A stretch of DNA of 64,000 nt from Clostridia bacterium (GTDB lineage Bacteria > Bacillota > Clostridia > Christensenellales > Aristaeellaceae): assembly GCA_017471885.1 (NCBI GenBank), contig JAFURI010000010.1, forward strand, positions 10,419 through 74,418. The letters are read 5' to 3'. Below the pieces are notes generated by a model. The model was not told where the DNA came from. It saw only the letters and a program-made list of their open reading frames with translations, and did not search any database. Shown one piece after another: positions 17,293-29,995 of the stretch. Both the position numbers and the translations under genes were made by a program. Each line of letters opens with the position of its first letter. The stretch's first letter is position 1.

Positions 17293-18825
17293 ATGCTGGC
17301 AAGAACCCTCGGTTATGGTCTGAACGGCGTAAGCGGCTTTCCTGTCAAGATTGAAGTGTATGCCGCCAACGGTCTGCCTGCGCTGGATATCATCGGTCTG
17401 CCGGATGCATCCGTCAAGGAAAGCCGGGATCGCGTCAGCGCGGCAATCGTCAACAGCGGCTTTGCCATGCCCATCGCCCGTCTGACGGTGAATATGGCGC
17501 CTGCAGATATGAAGAAAGAAGGCCCTGCCTTTGATCTGCCTGTGGCAGTGTGCATCCTCATGGCTTCGGGCCAACTGGAGAATATGGATATGTCCGGTAC
17601 GTTGATGCTGGGCGAGCTGTCCCTGGACGGCAGCCTCCGGCCGGTGCGCGGCGCGCTGCCCATGGTGATCAGCGCCAGCGAGCAGGGCGTGGAGGAGATC
17701 ATTCTGCCTGCGGGAAACGCGGCCGAGGTGGCATGTATTCAGGGCGTGAAGGTCTATCCGGCAGACAGTCTGCGGCAGGTGGTGGAGCATCTCAGGCGCA
17801 AAGAGCCGATTCCTGCGCAGGAGCAGAGATCCTATCAGGAAATTTTGATGGAAAGCCACCATGCCGTGGATCTTGCGCAGGTTCAGGGGCAGCTGGGCGC
17901 GCGCCGCGCGCTGGAGATTGCGGCCGCCGGAGGCCATAATATGCTGATGATCGGCGTACCCGGATCCGGCAAGACCATGCTGGCAAGGGCGCTGCCGGGG
18001 ATTCTTCCGCCGCTGACCTTTGAAGAGGCGCTGGAAACCACGCGGATTCATTCCATCGCCGGCCGGCTGTCCGCAGGCACGGGTCTTATGGCTACGCGTC
18101 CCTTCTGTGCGCCGCATCACAGCGCATCGGTTGCCAGCCTGATCGGCGGAGGCGCCAATGCCCGGCCGGGCGAGGTCAGCATGGCCCATAACGGCGTGCT
18201 GTTTCTGGATGAATTACCGGAGTTCAGTCGCAATGCACTGGAGGCGTTACGTCAGCCGCTGGAGGATGGCGTGGTATCGGTGACGCGTGTCCGCAGTCAG
18301 GCAGAATACCAGTCCAGCTTTATGCTGGTGGCCAGCATGAATCCCTGTCCCTGCGGCTATTACGGCAGCAAGCAGCGGGAATGCCGATGCTCCCAGCATG
18401 AAATCAGGCGGTATCTGGATCGTGTGTCGGGGCCGCTGTTGGATCGCATTGATATTCAGATTGAGGTGGATGCGGTCCCGGTGAAGGAAATCAACGCAGG
18501 CGGCGCGGCGGAATCCTCCGCGGTGGTGGCTGAACGTGTGCGAAAGGCTCGTGAGATTCAGCAAAAGCGATACAGAGGCGAGGGGATTCATTGCAACGCG
18601 CAGCTGGACGCACGACTGACCAGGCGGTACTGTCTCCTGTCTCCGGAGGCAACGCAGGTGCTGAATATGGCTGTGGAGCGTATGGGCCTGAGCATGCGTG
18701 CCTATGGCCGGGTGCTGAAGGTGGCAAGAACCATCGCAGACCTTGCAGGTGAAAAGCAGATTGCCACTTCGCATGTGGCGGAGGCAATCCAGTACAGAGA
18801 GCTGGACGGAAAATACTGGCGATAA
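17293..18825 (+). CDS. comM: YifB/ComM family Mg-chelatase-like AAA+ ATPase
   Basis: AGGGAGGAG RBS before ATG 17293. Lon-like N-domain (GLPDASVKESRDRV). Walker A GVPGSGKT. VLFLDELPEF. Cys-rich insert and C-terminal domain are typical of ComM. Confidence 0.9.
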   Translation: MLARTLGYGLNGVSGFPVKIEVYAANGLPALDIIGLPDASVKESRDRVSAAIVNSGFAMPIARLTVNMAPADMKKEGPAFDLPVAVCILMASGQLENMDMSGTLMLGELSLDGSLRPVRGALPMVISASEQGVEEIILPAGNAAEVACIQGVKVYPADSLRQVVEHLRRKEPIPAQEQRSYQEILMESHHAVDLAQVQGQLGARRALEIAAAGGHNMLMIGVPGSGKTMLARALPGILPPLTFEEALETTRIHSIAGRLSAGTGLMATRPFCAPHHSASVASLIGGGANARPGEVSMAHNGVLFLDELPEFSRNALEALRQPLEDGVVSVTRVRSQAEYQSSFMLVASMNPCPCGYYGSKQRECRCSQHEIRRYLDRVSGPLLDRIDIQIEVDAVPVKEINAGGAAESSAVVAERVRKAREIQQKRYRGEGIHCNAQLDARLTRRYCLLSPEATQVLNMAVERMGLSMRAYGRVLKVARTIADLAGEKQIATSHVAEAIQYRELDGKYWR

Positions 18826-18829
18826 CGAA

Positions 18830-18860
18830 AACGGCCCGGAGAACATTTCTCCGGGCCGTT
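18830..18860. terminator. bidirectional terminator hairpin between comM and the convergent SBP gene
   Basis: 14-bp stem AACGGCCCGGAGAA / TTCTCCGGGCCGTT. The U-run is clear only for the minus-strand reading. Confidence 0.65.
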
Positions 18861-18875
18861 AATCTGTTCACCTGA

Positions 18876-20141
18876 TCACTGCAGCAGGCCGGGGGCTTCG
18901 CTGCAGAGCATGGAGGCCGCGTCCTGCGCGGAAATGGAGCCATAGCACAGCCGCTGGATCAGTTCGCTTACAAGTGCAAAGACCTCTGGTGCGCCGGATG
19001 GATCAGCTTCGGGGGCGGGGGAACTGAAGGGCGCAGCTACGTCGCCTACGTAGAAGGCGACCCGCTGGCTGCATTCGTCCATCATGGGGCTGATGGCGGA
19101 GGATACGATATGCGAGGCGGGAATTCCTCGCTCACCCAGCAGAAGCTCATTGGCGGGCACGCTGTTCAGGAAGAAGTCCAGCAGCCGGGCAGCATTCTCC
19201 GGATGAGCAGAAGCCGCGGATACGGAGAAAAACTGTGAAGGCTTGAGAAAGTTGGACAGCTTCGGATCAGGAGACGGCCAGGTCGTAATGCCAAGCTCCA
19301 TGCCCCACTGATCGGCGGCAGACTGGAGGGCGGACATCTGGTTGGACCAGAGGAAAGCGCACCAGCTGCTGCCGGACGGATCAAGACCGCGCACCAGCGG
19401 GTCTTCCGCCACATTGCCGGCGGATACGTCAGTGAAAACCTCGCTGCCCACATGCCAGCCCTCGCGGATGCCCTGCTCATATAGCATGAAGAAGCCGGTC
19501 ACGTCCTCCAGAGAAGCGCTGAACTGTCCCTGATCAAAAAGACTCGAGCCCAGTCCGCGCAGATAATAGCCCAGCAGCTGTTCGGTGGCATAGCCGATAT
19601 TGGTCTTGCAGCCGGTACGGGCGTAGACCTCCCGGGAGAGGGCGATGAAATCATCCATTGTCATGTAATCAGGAACAGTCAGCCCCACGCTGTCAAGCAG
19701 CGTTTTGTTGTAAAACAGCGCGGGTGCGTTGACGCCAAGGCACACGCCGTACAGTCCGCCGTCAACCATGCCGGAATCAAGGATATCCATGCTTACGTCG
19801 CCGACGCTGATCAGTCCGGCGGAAACGAAGGGCTGCAGATCCAACAGCAGACCGTCTTCCACATACTGATTCAGGTACTGATAATCCATCTGAATAACGT
19901 CGGGCAAACCGCCGCCCAGCGCATGGGAGTCCATCATGCTCCAGTAATCGCTCCAGCCGAAGGGACGAAGCTCGCAGGATACGCCGGCGTTTTCCTGCTC
20001 AAACAGTGAAAGCGCCTCTGTCGTGCGGTCAATGCGGGTCTGTTCGCCCCAGATGGCAACGGAAAGAAGCGTCTGCGCCATTGCAGGCGAAACGGCAGAG
20101 ACCAGCAGGATAACGGCGGCAAGAAAAGCGAGCCTTCTCAT
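18876..20141 (-). CDS. orphan ABC transporter extracellular solute-binding protein (family 1, sugar-type)
   Basis: GGAGG RBS before ATG 20141. Signal peptide MRRLAFLAAVILLVSAVSPAMA. ...GWSDYWSMMDSHALGGGLPDVIQMDYQYLNQYV... is typical of SBP_bac_1. No permease or ATPase gene is adjacent. Confidence 0.8.
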   Translation of the reverse strand: MRRLAFLAAVILLVSAVSPAMAQTLLSVAIWGEQTRIDRTTEALSLFEQENAGVSCELRPFGWSDYWSMMDSHALGGGLPDVIQMDYQYLNQYVEDGLLLDLQPFVSAGLISVGDVSMDILDSGMVDGGLYGVCLGVNAPALFYNKTLLDSVGLTVPDYMTMDDFIALSREVYARTGCKTNIGYATEQLLGYYLRGLGSSLFDQGQFSASLEDVTGFFMLYEQGIREGWHVGSEVFTDVSAGNVAEDPLVRGLDPSGSSWCAFLWSNQMSALQSAADQWGMELGITTWPSPDPKLSNFLKPSQFFSVSAASAHPENAARLLDFFLNSVPANELLLGERGIPASHIVSSAISPMMDECSQRVAFYVGDVAAPFSSPAPEADPSGAPEVFALVSELIQRLCYGSISAQDAASMLCSEAPGLLQ

Positions 20142-20376
20142 GACAGTACGCCTCCAGTCAGGCAGATCGGAAGAAAGTCTGTATGAATCATTATAGGACA
20201 AATTGTGTGAAATTGGAATGGGGAAAAGACGTTTAAGCCGCAAAATCTTTTACAGACGAACAGACGATACCTCTGCTATTGCGCTTCGACAGGTTGGTGT
20301 GGTAAAATATTGACCGGAATATACACGTTCCGCCCTGTGCGGACAGAATGAACATATAAACAGGAGGCGTTTCTGT

Positions 20377-21810
20377 ATGGAAAACAAGGCGTACGCACCG
20401 GTGAAGGGACTTCCTGCATGGCATGCGCAGCTGCATGACGAACTGAACGGCATGGCGGATGCTCTCACTGCGAAACTTACCGGCTGGCAGGGCGCGGAAC
20501 TTGTCATCCGTCCTGAAGAGAAGGGGTGGCGGGGCGAAGGAAAGGCGACCGAAGCGATTCAGCAGGCCGTTGACGAGGTCAGCGCGCAGGGCGGCGGCAC
20601 GGTGCTGCTGGACGGCGGCGATTACGTCACGGGCAGCGTGGTACTGCGTGACAACGTGCGGCTCATGGTGGCGAAGGGTTCCCGCATGCTGGCCAGCACC
20701 GATATTGCCGATTTTCCGGAGCATATCTGCCGCCGCGTTACGGTGCAGGATACGCATATGGGCATGAATCAGTCGCTGATCTTTGCGGAGGACTGCTGCA
20801 ATATCAGCATCTGCGGTGAAGGCGAGATCGACGGGCGGGGCACGCAGGACAACTTCCACGGCGACGAGACCCAGCACGGCACGCCGGGGCGGCCCTTCCT
20901 CATCCGCATCGTGGACTGCAAGGGTGTGCATGTGAAGGACGTTACCCTGCGCAACGCGGCCTGCTGGATGGAGAATTACTTCAACTGCGACGAAGTTCTG
21001 ATTGAAAACATCACCGTGCGCAATCAGTCCAACTACAATAACGACGGTATTGACATCGACGGCTGCCGGGACGTGATCATCCGCGGCTGCGACGTGCTGT
21101 CCGGCGACGATGCGCTGTGCTTCAAGGCTGCATCCGAAATGCCCACCGAGCGTGTGCTGGTGGAAAACTGCAGCCTCTACAGCGCCTGCAATGCGGTGAA
21201 GGTCGGCACGGATACTCAGGCCGATTTCCGCAAGGTGCTGGTGCGCAACTGCCGCATCGGCGGCCTTGAGGAGGATCCCAGCGGGCTGAAGCATCCCTGC
21301 TCCGATTCCGGCATCTCTCTGGAGATGGTGGACGGCGCGGTGCTGGAGGATTTCCTGCTGACGGGCATTGATATTCGCAGGGCCTGGAGTCCCATCTTTA
21401 TGCGCATGGAGGATCGCGGGCGCGTGCGTCCCGATGCTCCGAGGCCGCCCATGGGCACGCTGCGCCGTGTGGTGATTGAGCATGTAACCGGCTGCGAAAA
21501 CGGCCCCCGCGGATCCTATCTCTTCGGCGCGCCTGAGCGTTCCATTCAGGACGTGATTCTCTACGACGTGTGTGTGGAACAGCTGGCCAGCGTGAAGCCC
21601 GTGATCACCGATGCGGATATCGGCGAACTGAAGGGCGTTTATCCCGACGCGCACATGATCGACGATCTGGGCGACGCTCCTGCGTGGGGACTGTGGCTGC
21701 GTTATGTGGACGGTCTGACACTGATGGATTACAGGGTTAAGCCGGTGGGTGAGGATCCCCGTCCGGAATATGAGTTTGGTGCGGGAGTGAGAGTCAGCGT
21801 TATCCGCTGA
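20377..21810 (+). CDS. glycoside hydrolase family 28 (polygalacturonase-like), no signal peptide
   Basis: Beta-helix repeats with GH28 motifs NNDGIDIDGC and SGDDALCFKA. AGGAGG RBS. Confidence 0.8.
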   Translation: MENKAYAPVKGLPAWHAQLHDELNGMADALTAKLTGWQGAELVIRPEEKGWRGEGKATEAIQQAVDEVSAQGGGTVLLDGGDYVTGSVVLRDNVRLMVAKGSRMLASTDIADFPEHICRRVTVQDTHMGMNQSLIFAEDCCNISICGEGEIDGRGTQDNFHGDETQHGTPGRPFLIRIVDCKGVHVKDVTLRNAACWMENYFNCDEVLIENITVRNQSNYNNDGIDIDGCRDVIIRGCDVLSGDDALCFKAASEMPTERVLVENCSLYSACNAVKVGTDTQADFRKVLVRNCRIGGLEEDPSGLKHPCSDSGISLEMVDGAVLEDFLLTGIDIRRAWSPIFMRMEDRGRVRPDAPRPPMGTLRRVVIEHVTGCENGPRGSYLFGAPERSIQDVILYDVCVEQLASVKPVITDADIGELKGVYPDAHMIDDLGDAPAWGLWLRYVDGLTLMDYRVKPVGEDPRPEYEFGAGVRVSVIR

Positions 21811-21831
21811 TGAAGGAAAGGAAGCGGCCAA

Positions 21832-23112
21832 ATGGATATTCTTCGCCTCGCAAGGGAAGAGTTTGACTATACCGTGGCTGTACGCAGATATCTGCATGAG
21901 CATCCGGAGGCAGCGCCCGAGGAGCAGCTGGAGACCATGGCGTATATTGAACGTCAGCTTGACGGCATGGAGATTCCGCATCTGCGGATCGAGGGCGGCG
22001 GTATTCTGGGGTTCATTGGCCCTGAAGACGCGGACAGAACGCTGCTTCTGCGCGCTGATATTGATGCGCTGAAGATTCAGGAGGATGAGCGGAATCTGCG
22101 CTGCGAAAGAAACTGCGTCTCGAAAAAGCCGGGTCTGATGCATGCCTGCGGGCATGATGCGCATATGGCCATGCTGCTCACGGAGGCGAAAATCCTCAAG
22201 CGCATGGAGAACGAGCTTCCGGGAAGAATTATTCTCCTGTTCGAAGAGGGAGAAGAGGGCGGCGGCAACATCAAGAAAATCTGCCGGTATATCGGCGAGA
22301 GCAGACTGCGGATTGACGGCTGCTATGCTGCGCATGTGCGCTGGGATATTCCCTCCGGCAGAATTGCCCTTTGCGAAGGCGGCTCCATGTGCGGACAGAT
22401 GCGCTTTCTCCTGACGGTGGAGGGACAGAGCGGGCACGGATCCCGGCCGGATCTGGGCAGGAGCGTCATCGACTGCTTCCATCAGATCTACAGCGCATGG
22501 AGCATGCTGCGCATGAATACCGTGCGCCCGGATACCAGCCTGACGTGGTCGGCGTGCTCGCTTTCGGCCGGCGTGAGTCACAATGTGCTGCCTGATCATC
22601 TGAACTGCGAAGGAACCATTCGCATGGAGGATCAGGAAAGCGGCGACCGCTTCTGGCGGGCATTTCATTGTGCGGCGGTGATGACGGCGCAGCAGTGCGG
22701 CTGCCGGGCGGAGCTGCGCAGGGTGATGTATCTGCTTCCTCTCTCCAGCGACGGCCCATGCCTTGATCTTTTCCGCAGCACGGCAAAGGAAGCGCTGGGC
22801 AGCGGGAACGTCATTGAGGCAAAGATGTGGATGGCGTCGGAAAGCTTCAGCTACCTTTCCGCCATGTATCCCAGCGTGTTCGCATTTATCGGCATTGCCA
22901 ATGAGGAGAAAGGCTGCGGGGCAAATCACCATACCGCACAGTTTGATCTCGATGAGGACGGCATGATTGCCGGTGTGGCCTCAGCTGTAGCATATGCTGC
23001 GGCCTTCCTGAAGGACAAGCCCGATACGAGCGGCTTCGTTCCCGCGTGCAGGGACATGGACGCCCTGCTTTCCATGGTGGAGGAGCAGCCGGACGTCAAA
23101 CTATGCTATTGA
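21832..23112 (+). CDS. M20-family amidohydrolase (aminoacylase/hippurate hydrolase-like)
   Basis: MHACGHDAHMAMLL metal-binding motif and M20D architecture. Lies 21 nt after the GH28 gene. Confidence 0.85.
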   Translation: MDILRLAREEFDYTVAVRRYLHEHPEAAPEEQLETMAYIERQLDGMEIPHLRIEGGGILGFIGPEDADRTLLLRADIDALKIQEDERNLRCERNCVSKKPGLMHACGHDAHMAMLLTEAKILKRMENELPGRIILLFEEGEEGGGNIKKICRYIGESRLRIDGCYAAHVRWDIPSGRIALCEGGSMCGQMRFLLTVEGQSGHGSRPDLGRSVIDCFHQIYSAWSMLRMNTVRPDTSLTWSACSLSAGVSHNVLPDHLNCEGTIRMEDQESGDRFWRAFHCAAVMTAQQCGCRAELRRVMYLLPLSSDGPCLDLFRSTAKEALGSGNVIEAKMWMASESFSYLSAMYPSVFAFIGIANEEKGCGANHHTAQFDLDEDGMIAGVASAVAYAAAFLKDKPDTSGFVPACRDMDALLSMVEEQPDVKLCY

Positions 23113-23148
23113 CAAAAACAAAATTACCTGCAAGTCGTCTTTTCCCTC

Positions 23149-23177
23149 TTGCGGGAATACTGTGTGCCAGGTATAAT
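23149..23177 (+). promoter_or_regulatory. candidate sigma-A promoter of the atp operon
   Basis: TTGCGG (23149-23154), 17 nt, TATAAT (23172-23177). Confidence 0.5.
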
Positions 23178-23224
23178 ACAAAGCAGTATTTGTTTGCATT
23201 TGAAACTGACAGGGGGTAAGAGCG

Positions 23225-23626
23225 TTGTTCAGGAGGGTGGATCCCACCGTATTGAAAGAAACGTGCTACATTGCGGGTTTTGTACTGGTTTTCAGTGCAG
23301 TAATGCAGTTGATTTTTGCCCTGCTGGGCTCATGGAGCTTCTCTGTCCTCTGGGGAAATCTTCTGGGCGGAACCGGAGCGGTGCTGAACTTCTTTCTGAT
23401 GGGACTGACCATTCAGCAGGCGCTGGGCCAGAGCGAAGAGGATGCAAAAACAAAGATGAAGCTTTCTCAAAAGCTTCGTATGCTGCTTCTGGTGATTGTT
23501 TGCGCTATTGGCGCAGCTGCACCGTGCTTTGATCTGGTGGCTGTGTTGGTGCCTCAGCTCTTCCCCAGAATCGCTGTGATGCTGCGTCCGGTTCTGGACA
23601 AGCTCATTGGACGCAAAGCAGAATAA
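23225..23626 (+). CDS. atpI: ATP synthase protein I (AtpI-like small membrane protein)
   Basis: TTG start with an AGGGGG RBS. Hydrophobic 4-helix protein at the first position of the atp operon. Confidence 0.65.
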   Translation: MFRRVDPTVLKETCYIAGFVLVFSAVMQLIFALLGSWSFSVLWGNLLGGTGAVLNFFLMGLTIQQALGQSEEDAKTKMKLSQKLRMLLLVIVCAIGAAAPCFDLVAVLVPQLFPRIAVMLRPVLDKLIGRKAE

Positions 23627-23665
23627 GTAGTTTTCACAATCCGACTGAAAGGAGGTGAGAAACTT

Positions 23666-24565
23666 ATGAAGGATAAGAACCTTCGCTTCCGGATAATCGA
23701 CGGACTTCTCATTGCTATGATGGTACTGCCGCTGGTAGCCGCTGTTGTGCTTCAGATTGTCACAAAGCCGGCGTCGGAAGGCATTACCATTACGGGTGCG
23801 AGAGTGTTTTTCACCATACCCATGCCCTTGATGGATCTGGTGATTTCGGAGGCCCAGGTGAATGCCTGGCTGATCATGATCACGATTTTGGGCGCTTGTC
23901 TGTTCCTGACCCATGGACTGCAAGTGGAGGGTGGAAGCGCACGGCAAATGGCTGCAGAATGGGCGGTTGAAAAGCTGGACGGACTGGTTGCAGGCAATAT
24001 GGATCCCATTTTCCATGCATCCTATGCGCCGTTTGTCGGCGCCATTCTGGCACTGTCAGCCTGCTCCAGTCTTATGTCCCTGCTGGGTGTGTTCCCGCCT
24101 ACCTCGGATGTGAATGTTGTGGCTGGCTGGGCAATTCTGGTCTTCGGTCTGATTACCAAGAATAAACTCAAGGCCGGTGTTGGAGCGTATATGAAGGGAT
24201 TTCTGGATCCTATCCCGGTCATGCTGCCGATGAACATAATCGGTGAGTTTGCAACACCCGTTTCGATGACGTTCCGTCATTTCGGCAATGTGCTTTCCGG
24301 TTCGGTTATTGCAGCGCTGGTGGCATGGGCGTTGCAGAGCCTTTCTTCGCTGGTGCTTGGCTGGCTGCCAGGATTCCTGGGCGATTTCCCGCTGCTCCAG
24401 ATTGGTCTTCCCGGTATTCTGAGCGTATACTTTGATGTTTTCTCCGGATGCATCCAGGCGTTCATTTTTGCCATGCTGACGATGCTGAACATCTCCAACG
24501 CCTATCCGGGCGACGACGTGGTGCAGGAAAGACGGGCGAAGAAAAAACCCGTCCTGGCAAAGTAA
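23666..24565 (+). CDS. atpB: F0F1 ATP synthase subunit a
   Basis: Conserved stator-arginine region PVSMTFRHFGNVLSG. Polytopic. Confidence 0.9.
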   Translation: MKDKNLRFRIIDGLLIAMMVLPLVAAVVLQIVTKPASEGITITGARVFFTIPMPLMDLVISEAQVNAWLIMITILGACLFLTHGLQVEGGSARQMAAEWAVEKLDGLVAGNMDPIFHASYAPFVGAILALSACSSLMSLLGVFPPTSDVNVVAGWAILVFGLITKNKLKAGVGAYMKGFLDPIPVMLPMNIIGEFATPVSMTFRHFGNVLSGSVIAALVAWALQSLSSLVLGWLPGFLGDFPLLQIGLPGILSVYFDVFSGCIQAFIFAMLTMLNISNAYPGDDVVQERRAKKKPVLAK

Positions 24566-24601
24566 ACTTTGGTTGAGTCAGACACGATACAAACAAATTG
24601 A

Positions 24602-24904
<303 letters not shown>

Positions 24905-24918
24905 AGTAGGTGAGGGAA

Positions 24919-25422
24919 ATGCAATCTTTGGAAGTCATTTCCGTTAATGTATGGCAGATTCTGATTTCTCTTGCCAATCTGACGATTCTGTATTGGCTGC
25001 TGAAAAAGTTCCTGTATAATCCTGTTAAAAAGGTTATTGCAGCGCGTCAGCAAGCCATTGATGATCAGTACAAAGCGGCAGATGCTGCTGAAAAGGCAGC
25101 CAACGCCAGTCGTGACGAATATTACGCACGGCTGGAAAACGCACAGGCTGTTGTGGACGGCATGATTCACGATGCTACGGCCAGCGCAAATCGCAGAAGC
25201 GAGCGTATTGTGCAGGAAGCACGCGACAAGGCTGGTTCGATCGTCCGACAGGGTCAGATGGAAGCCGAAATGGAAAAGAAGAAGGCGCAGGCTACTATCC
25301 GCCGCGAGATTACCGATGTTTCTGCCGCGCTGACCGAGAAGCTGCTCGGCCGCGAAATCAACGACGGCGATCACCGCGGGCTGATTGACTCCTTCCTGCA
25401 GGAAATGGGTGACGGGCAATGA
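24919..25422 (+). CDS. atpF: F0F1 ATP synthase subunit b
   Basis: Single N-terminal TM helix followed by a long charged coiled coil. Operon position fits. Confidence 0.85.
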   Translation: MQSLEVISVNVWQILISLANLTILYWLLKKFLYNPVKKVIAARQQAIDDQYKAADAAEKAANASRDEYYARLENAQAVVDGMIHDATASANRRSERIVQEARDKAGSIVRQGQMEAEMEKKKAQATIRREITDVSAALTEKLLGREINDGDHRGLIDSFLQEMGDGQ

Positions 25423-25946
25423 CGGAGATGAGTAAGGCTTATGCCGACGCCCTGTATTCCCTCGCCATGGACTGCGGCACGGAGGAAGAGACCCTCGAGG
25501 GTCTTCGCATGGTGCTGAAGCACCTGCGTGAGGTTCCCGGCGCAATGGATCTGCTGGCTTCGCCGTCCATCCCCAAGGAGGAGCGCGCCGCTGTGCTGGA
25601 TCAGGCCTTTGTCGGGCTTCAGGAGCCTGCGATGGGCTTTCTGCACGTTCTGACGGGCAAGGGGCACATTCGTCAGCTGGAGGAATGCATCAAGGCCTAT
25701 GCCGAGCTGCATGATTCCGCTCGCAAGCTGGCTACAGCCGTGGTGAAGAGCGCTGTGGAGCTGACGGAGGAAGAAAAGAATACGCTGAAAAGCAAGCTGG
25801 AGCAGAAGCTGGGCAGAACTATCCGCCTGGATTGTTCCGTGGATCCCTCCCTGCTGGGCGGCCTGGTGGTTCAGGTGGATGGCAGGATCATTGACGGCAG
25901 TCTGAAGCACAGACTGCATGAAATCAAGGAAGTGATGAATAGATGA
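25419..25946 (+). CDS. atpH: F0F1 ATP synthase subunit delta
   Basis: OSCP-like sequence ending ...[20 protein letters not shown]. Overlaps the neighbouring genes. Confidence 0.85.
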   Translation: MTEMSKAYADALYSLAMDCGTEEETLEGLRMVLKHLREVPGAMDLLASPSIPKEERAAVLDQAFVGLQEPAMGFLHVLTGKGHIRQLEECIKAYAELHDSARKLATAVVKSAVELTEEEKNTLKSKLEQKLGRTIRLDCSVDPSLLGGLVVQVDGRIIDGSLKHRLHEIKEVMNR

Positions 25947-27436
25947 GCAACAAGCCAGAGGAAATCAGCAGCATCCTCAAAGAGCAAATCCGCAATTACA
26001 AATCACGCATTGAGATGGCGGAAACCGGCACCGTCATTACCGTCGGCGACGGTATTGCACGGGTGTACGGCTTGCGCTCCTGCATGGCCAACGAACTGCT
26101 CCGCTTTGAGGATGGCAGTATGGGTATGGCGCAGAATCTGGAGGAGGAAACGGTCTCCGTTGCTGTGCTGTCCGATAAAGATTCCATTCGCGAAGGCTCC
26201 ACTGTGTACCGTACCGGCAAGGCTCTGTCTGTGCCTGTGGGTGAAGCGCTGCTGGGCCGTGTGGTAAATGCGCTGGGTCAGCCCATCGACGGCAAGGGCG
26301 ATGCGGTATGTACGCAGACCCGTCCGATTGAATCCGAGGCTCCCGGCATCATTGAGCGCCAGAGCGTTAACGTGCCCCTGCAGACGGGCATCAAGGCCAT
26401 CGACGCCATGATTCCCATCGGCCGCGGTCAGCGTGAGCTGATCATCGGCGACCGCCAGACCGGCAAAACGGCTATCGCGGTGGATACCATCATCAACCAG
26501 AAGGGCAAGGACGTGCTGTGCGTGTACGTCGCCATCGGTCAGAAGCGCACCTCCGTGGTGCAGCTGGCCAATGAGCTGGAGCGTGCCGGCGCGATGGATT
26601 ACACCATCATCGTGTCCGCCTCTGCTGCCGAGAGCGCTCCTCTGCAGTACATTGCACCCTATGCCGGCTGCGCCATGGCGGAATACTTCCGTGAGCAGGG
26701 CAAGGATGTGCTGATTGTCTACGACGATCTGTCCAAGCACGCGGTGGCCTACCGCGCTCTGTCGCTGCTGATCCGCCGTCCTCCGGGCCGCGAGGCGTAC
26801 CCGGGCGACGTATTCTATCTGCATTCCCGTCTGCTGGAGCGTGCAGCCTGCGTCCATAAGGACTTCGGCGGCGGCTCCATCACCGCGCTGCCCATCATTG
26901 AGACCCAGGCGGGCGACGTATCTGCCTATATTCCCACCAACGTGATTTCCATCACCGACGGTCAGATCTTCCTGGAGACGGAGCTGTTCCACTCCGGCAT
27001 CATGCCCGCCATCAACCCCGGCATTTCCGTCAGCCGCGTGGGCGGCAGCGCCCAGCTGAAGGCCATGAAGAAGGTTGCCGGCGAATTGAAGCTGCTTTAT
27101 GCGCAGTATCTGGAGCTGAAGTCCTTCGCTCAGTTCGGTTCTGATCTGGATGCGGATACCAAGGCCCGTCTGGCTCTGGGCGAGCGCATTGTGGAAGTGC
27201 TGAAGCAGAAGAAGAACGCTCCTGTGCGCGTAGGCTGCCAGGTGGCGATCGTGTATGCGGTGATTCACGGCTATCTGAACGAAGTGCCCGTGAACAGGGT
27301 TCAGGACTGGGAAATGCGGCTGTATGAAAAGTTGGAGGCCCAGTACGAGAGTCTGATGGACCGTTTCGAGCAAGGTCAGTTCAACGACGAAGACGTGAAG
27401 GAACTGGAAGAGGCGCTTGCGTCCATGCGGAGGTGA
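25943..27436 (+). CDS. atpA: F0F1 ATP synthase subunit alpha
   Basis: Walker A GDRQTGKT. Highly conserved alpha sequence throughout. Confidence 0.97.
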   Translation: MSNKPEEISSILKEQIRNYKSRIEMAETGTVITVGDGIARVYGLRSCMANELLRFEDGSMGMAQNLEEETVSVAVLSDKDSIREGSTVYRTGKALSVPVGEALLGRVVNALGQPIDGKGDAVCTQTRPIESEAPGIIERQSVNVPLQTGIKAIDAMIPIGRGQRELIIGDRQTGKTAIAVDTIINQKGKDVLCVYVAIGQKRTSVVQLANELERAGAMDYTIIVSASAAESAPLQYIAPYAGCAMAEYFREQGKDVLIVYDDLSKHAVAYRALSLLIRRPPGREAYPGDVFYLHSRLLERAACVHKDFGGGSITALPIIETQAGDVSAYIPTNVISITDGQIFLETELFHSGIMPAINPGISVSRVGGSAQLKAMKKVAGELKLLYAQYLELKSFAQFGSDLDADTKARLALGERIVEVLKQKKNAPVRVGCQVAIVYAVIHGYLNEVPVNRVQDWEMRLYEKLEAQYESLMDRFEQGQFNDEDVKELEEALASMRR

Positions 27437-28245
27437 CAGGGATGGGAACCAACACCAAAGCCCTGAAAATCCGTATCCGCAGCGTGGATTCCACCATGCA
27501 TACCACCCGGGCCATGGGCCTGGTGGCGTCCTCCAAGATGCGCCGCGCCAATGAACGCATGCATAACGGCAAGCAGTATGCCGAGGCTTTCGGCAGCGTG
27601 GTGCAGGTGCTGACCGCCGCTCCGGAATGTGCGCGCAGTCCCTATATGCAGCCCTCCGAAGGCGCAAGGACCTGCCTGATCGTCATTGCGGGCGACCGCG
27701 GTATGGCGGGCGGCTACAATGCCAACGTGTTCCGGCTGACCGACAGCATGCAGTATGACGCCGTCATTCCCATCGGCAAGCGCGCCTGCGATCGGTACCA
27801 CGGCAAATTCTATTCCTCCGAGGACTTCAGCGGCGCGGACGCTACGGCCATGGCTCATGAGATCTGTCAGAAGTATCTGGCAGGGGAGTTTGACCGGCTG
27901 GGTATTGTGTCTACCCGCTACGTCAGCATGCTGACGCAGGAGGCGTATGTGACGTGGGTGCTTCCGCTGGAACGCAGCGAACGCACAGGCAGTACCGGCG
28001 TGGTTTTTGAGCCTGATGAGGAGACCATTCTCAATGCTGTGGTGCCGGATTATGTGGCGGGCGTTCTGATGCGCTGCATCCGCGAGAGCTTTGCCAGTGA
28101 GGTCGCCGCGCGCCGCATGGCCATGGACTCTGCAGGCAAGAACGCGCAGGCCATGATTGACGATCTGCAGCTGCAGTACAACCGTGCCCGTCAGGGCGCC
28201 ATTACCCAGGAGATTACGGAGATTGTGGCTGGCAGCGGCGCATAA
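27433..28245 (+). CDS. atpG: F0F1 ATP synthase subunit gamma
   Basis: [26 protein letters not shown]-terminal helix and a C-terminal ...[17 protein letters not shown] helix. Start is GTG 27433 or ATG 27442. Confidence 0.9.
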   Translation: MTGMGTNTKALKIRIRSVDSTMHTTRAMGLVASSKMRRANERMHNGKQYAEAFGSVVQVLTAAPECARSPYMQPSEGARTCLIVIAGDRGMAGGYNANVFRLTDSMQYDAVIPIGKRACDRYHGKFYSSEDFSGADATAMAHEICQKYLAGEFDRLGIVSTRYVSMLTQEAYVTWVLPLERSERTGSTGVVFEPDEETILNAVVPDYVAGVLMRCIRESFASEVAARRMAMDSAGKNAQAMIDDLQLQYNRARQGAITQEITEIVAGSGA

Positions 28246-29948
<1,703 letters not shown>

Positions 29949-29954
29949 ATCATT

Positions 29955-29995
29955 AAGGACGTTTCGCCGGAAATGGATGAAACGTCCTTTCTTAT
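29955..29995 (+). terminator. rho-independent terminator of the atp operon
   Basis: 11-bp stem AAGGACGTTTC / GAAACGTCCTT (29955-29965 / 29979-29989) followed by a T-rich tract. Confidence 0.7.

Noticed and set aside
20233-22932. 899-aa minus-strand ORF over GH28 and the M20 amidohydrolase
   Set aside because: Shadow ORF antisense to two genes with clear catalytic motifs. Arg/His/Ala-rich nonsense composition.
23149-23532. 127-aa ORF overlapping atpI in another frame
   Set aside because: It starts inside the predicted atp promoter. The alternative frame (atpI, 23225-23626) gives a coherent 4-helix membrane protein at the expected operon position.
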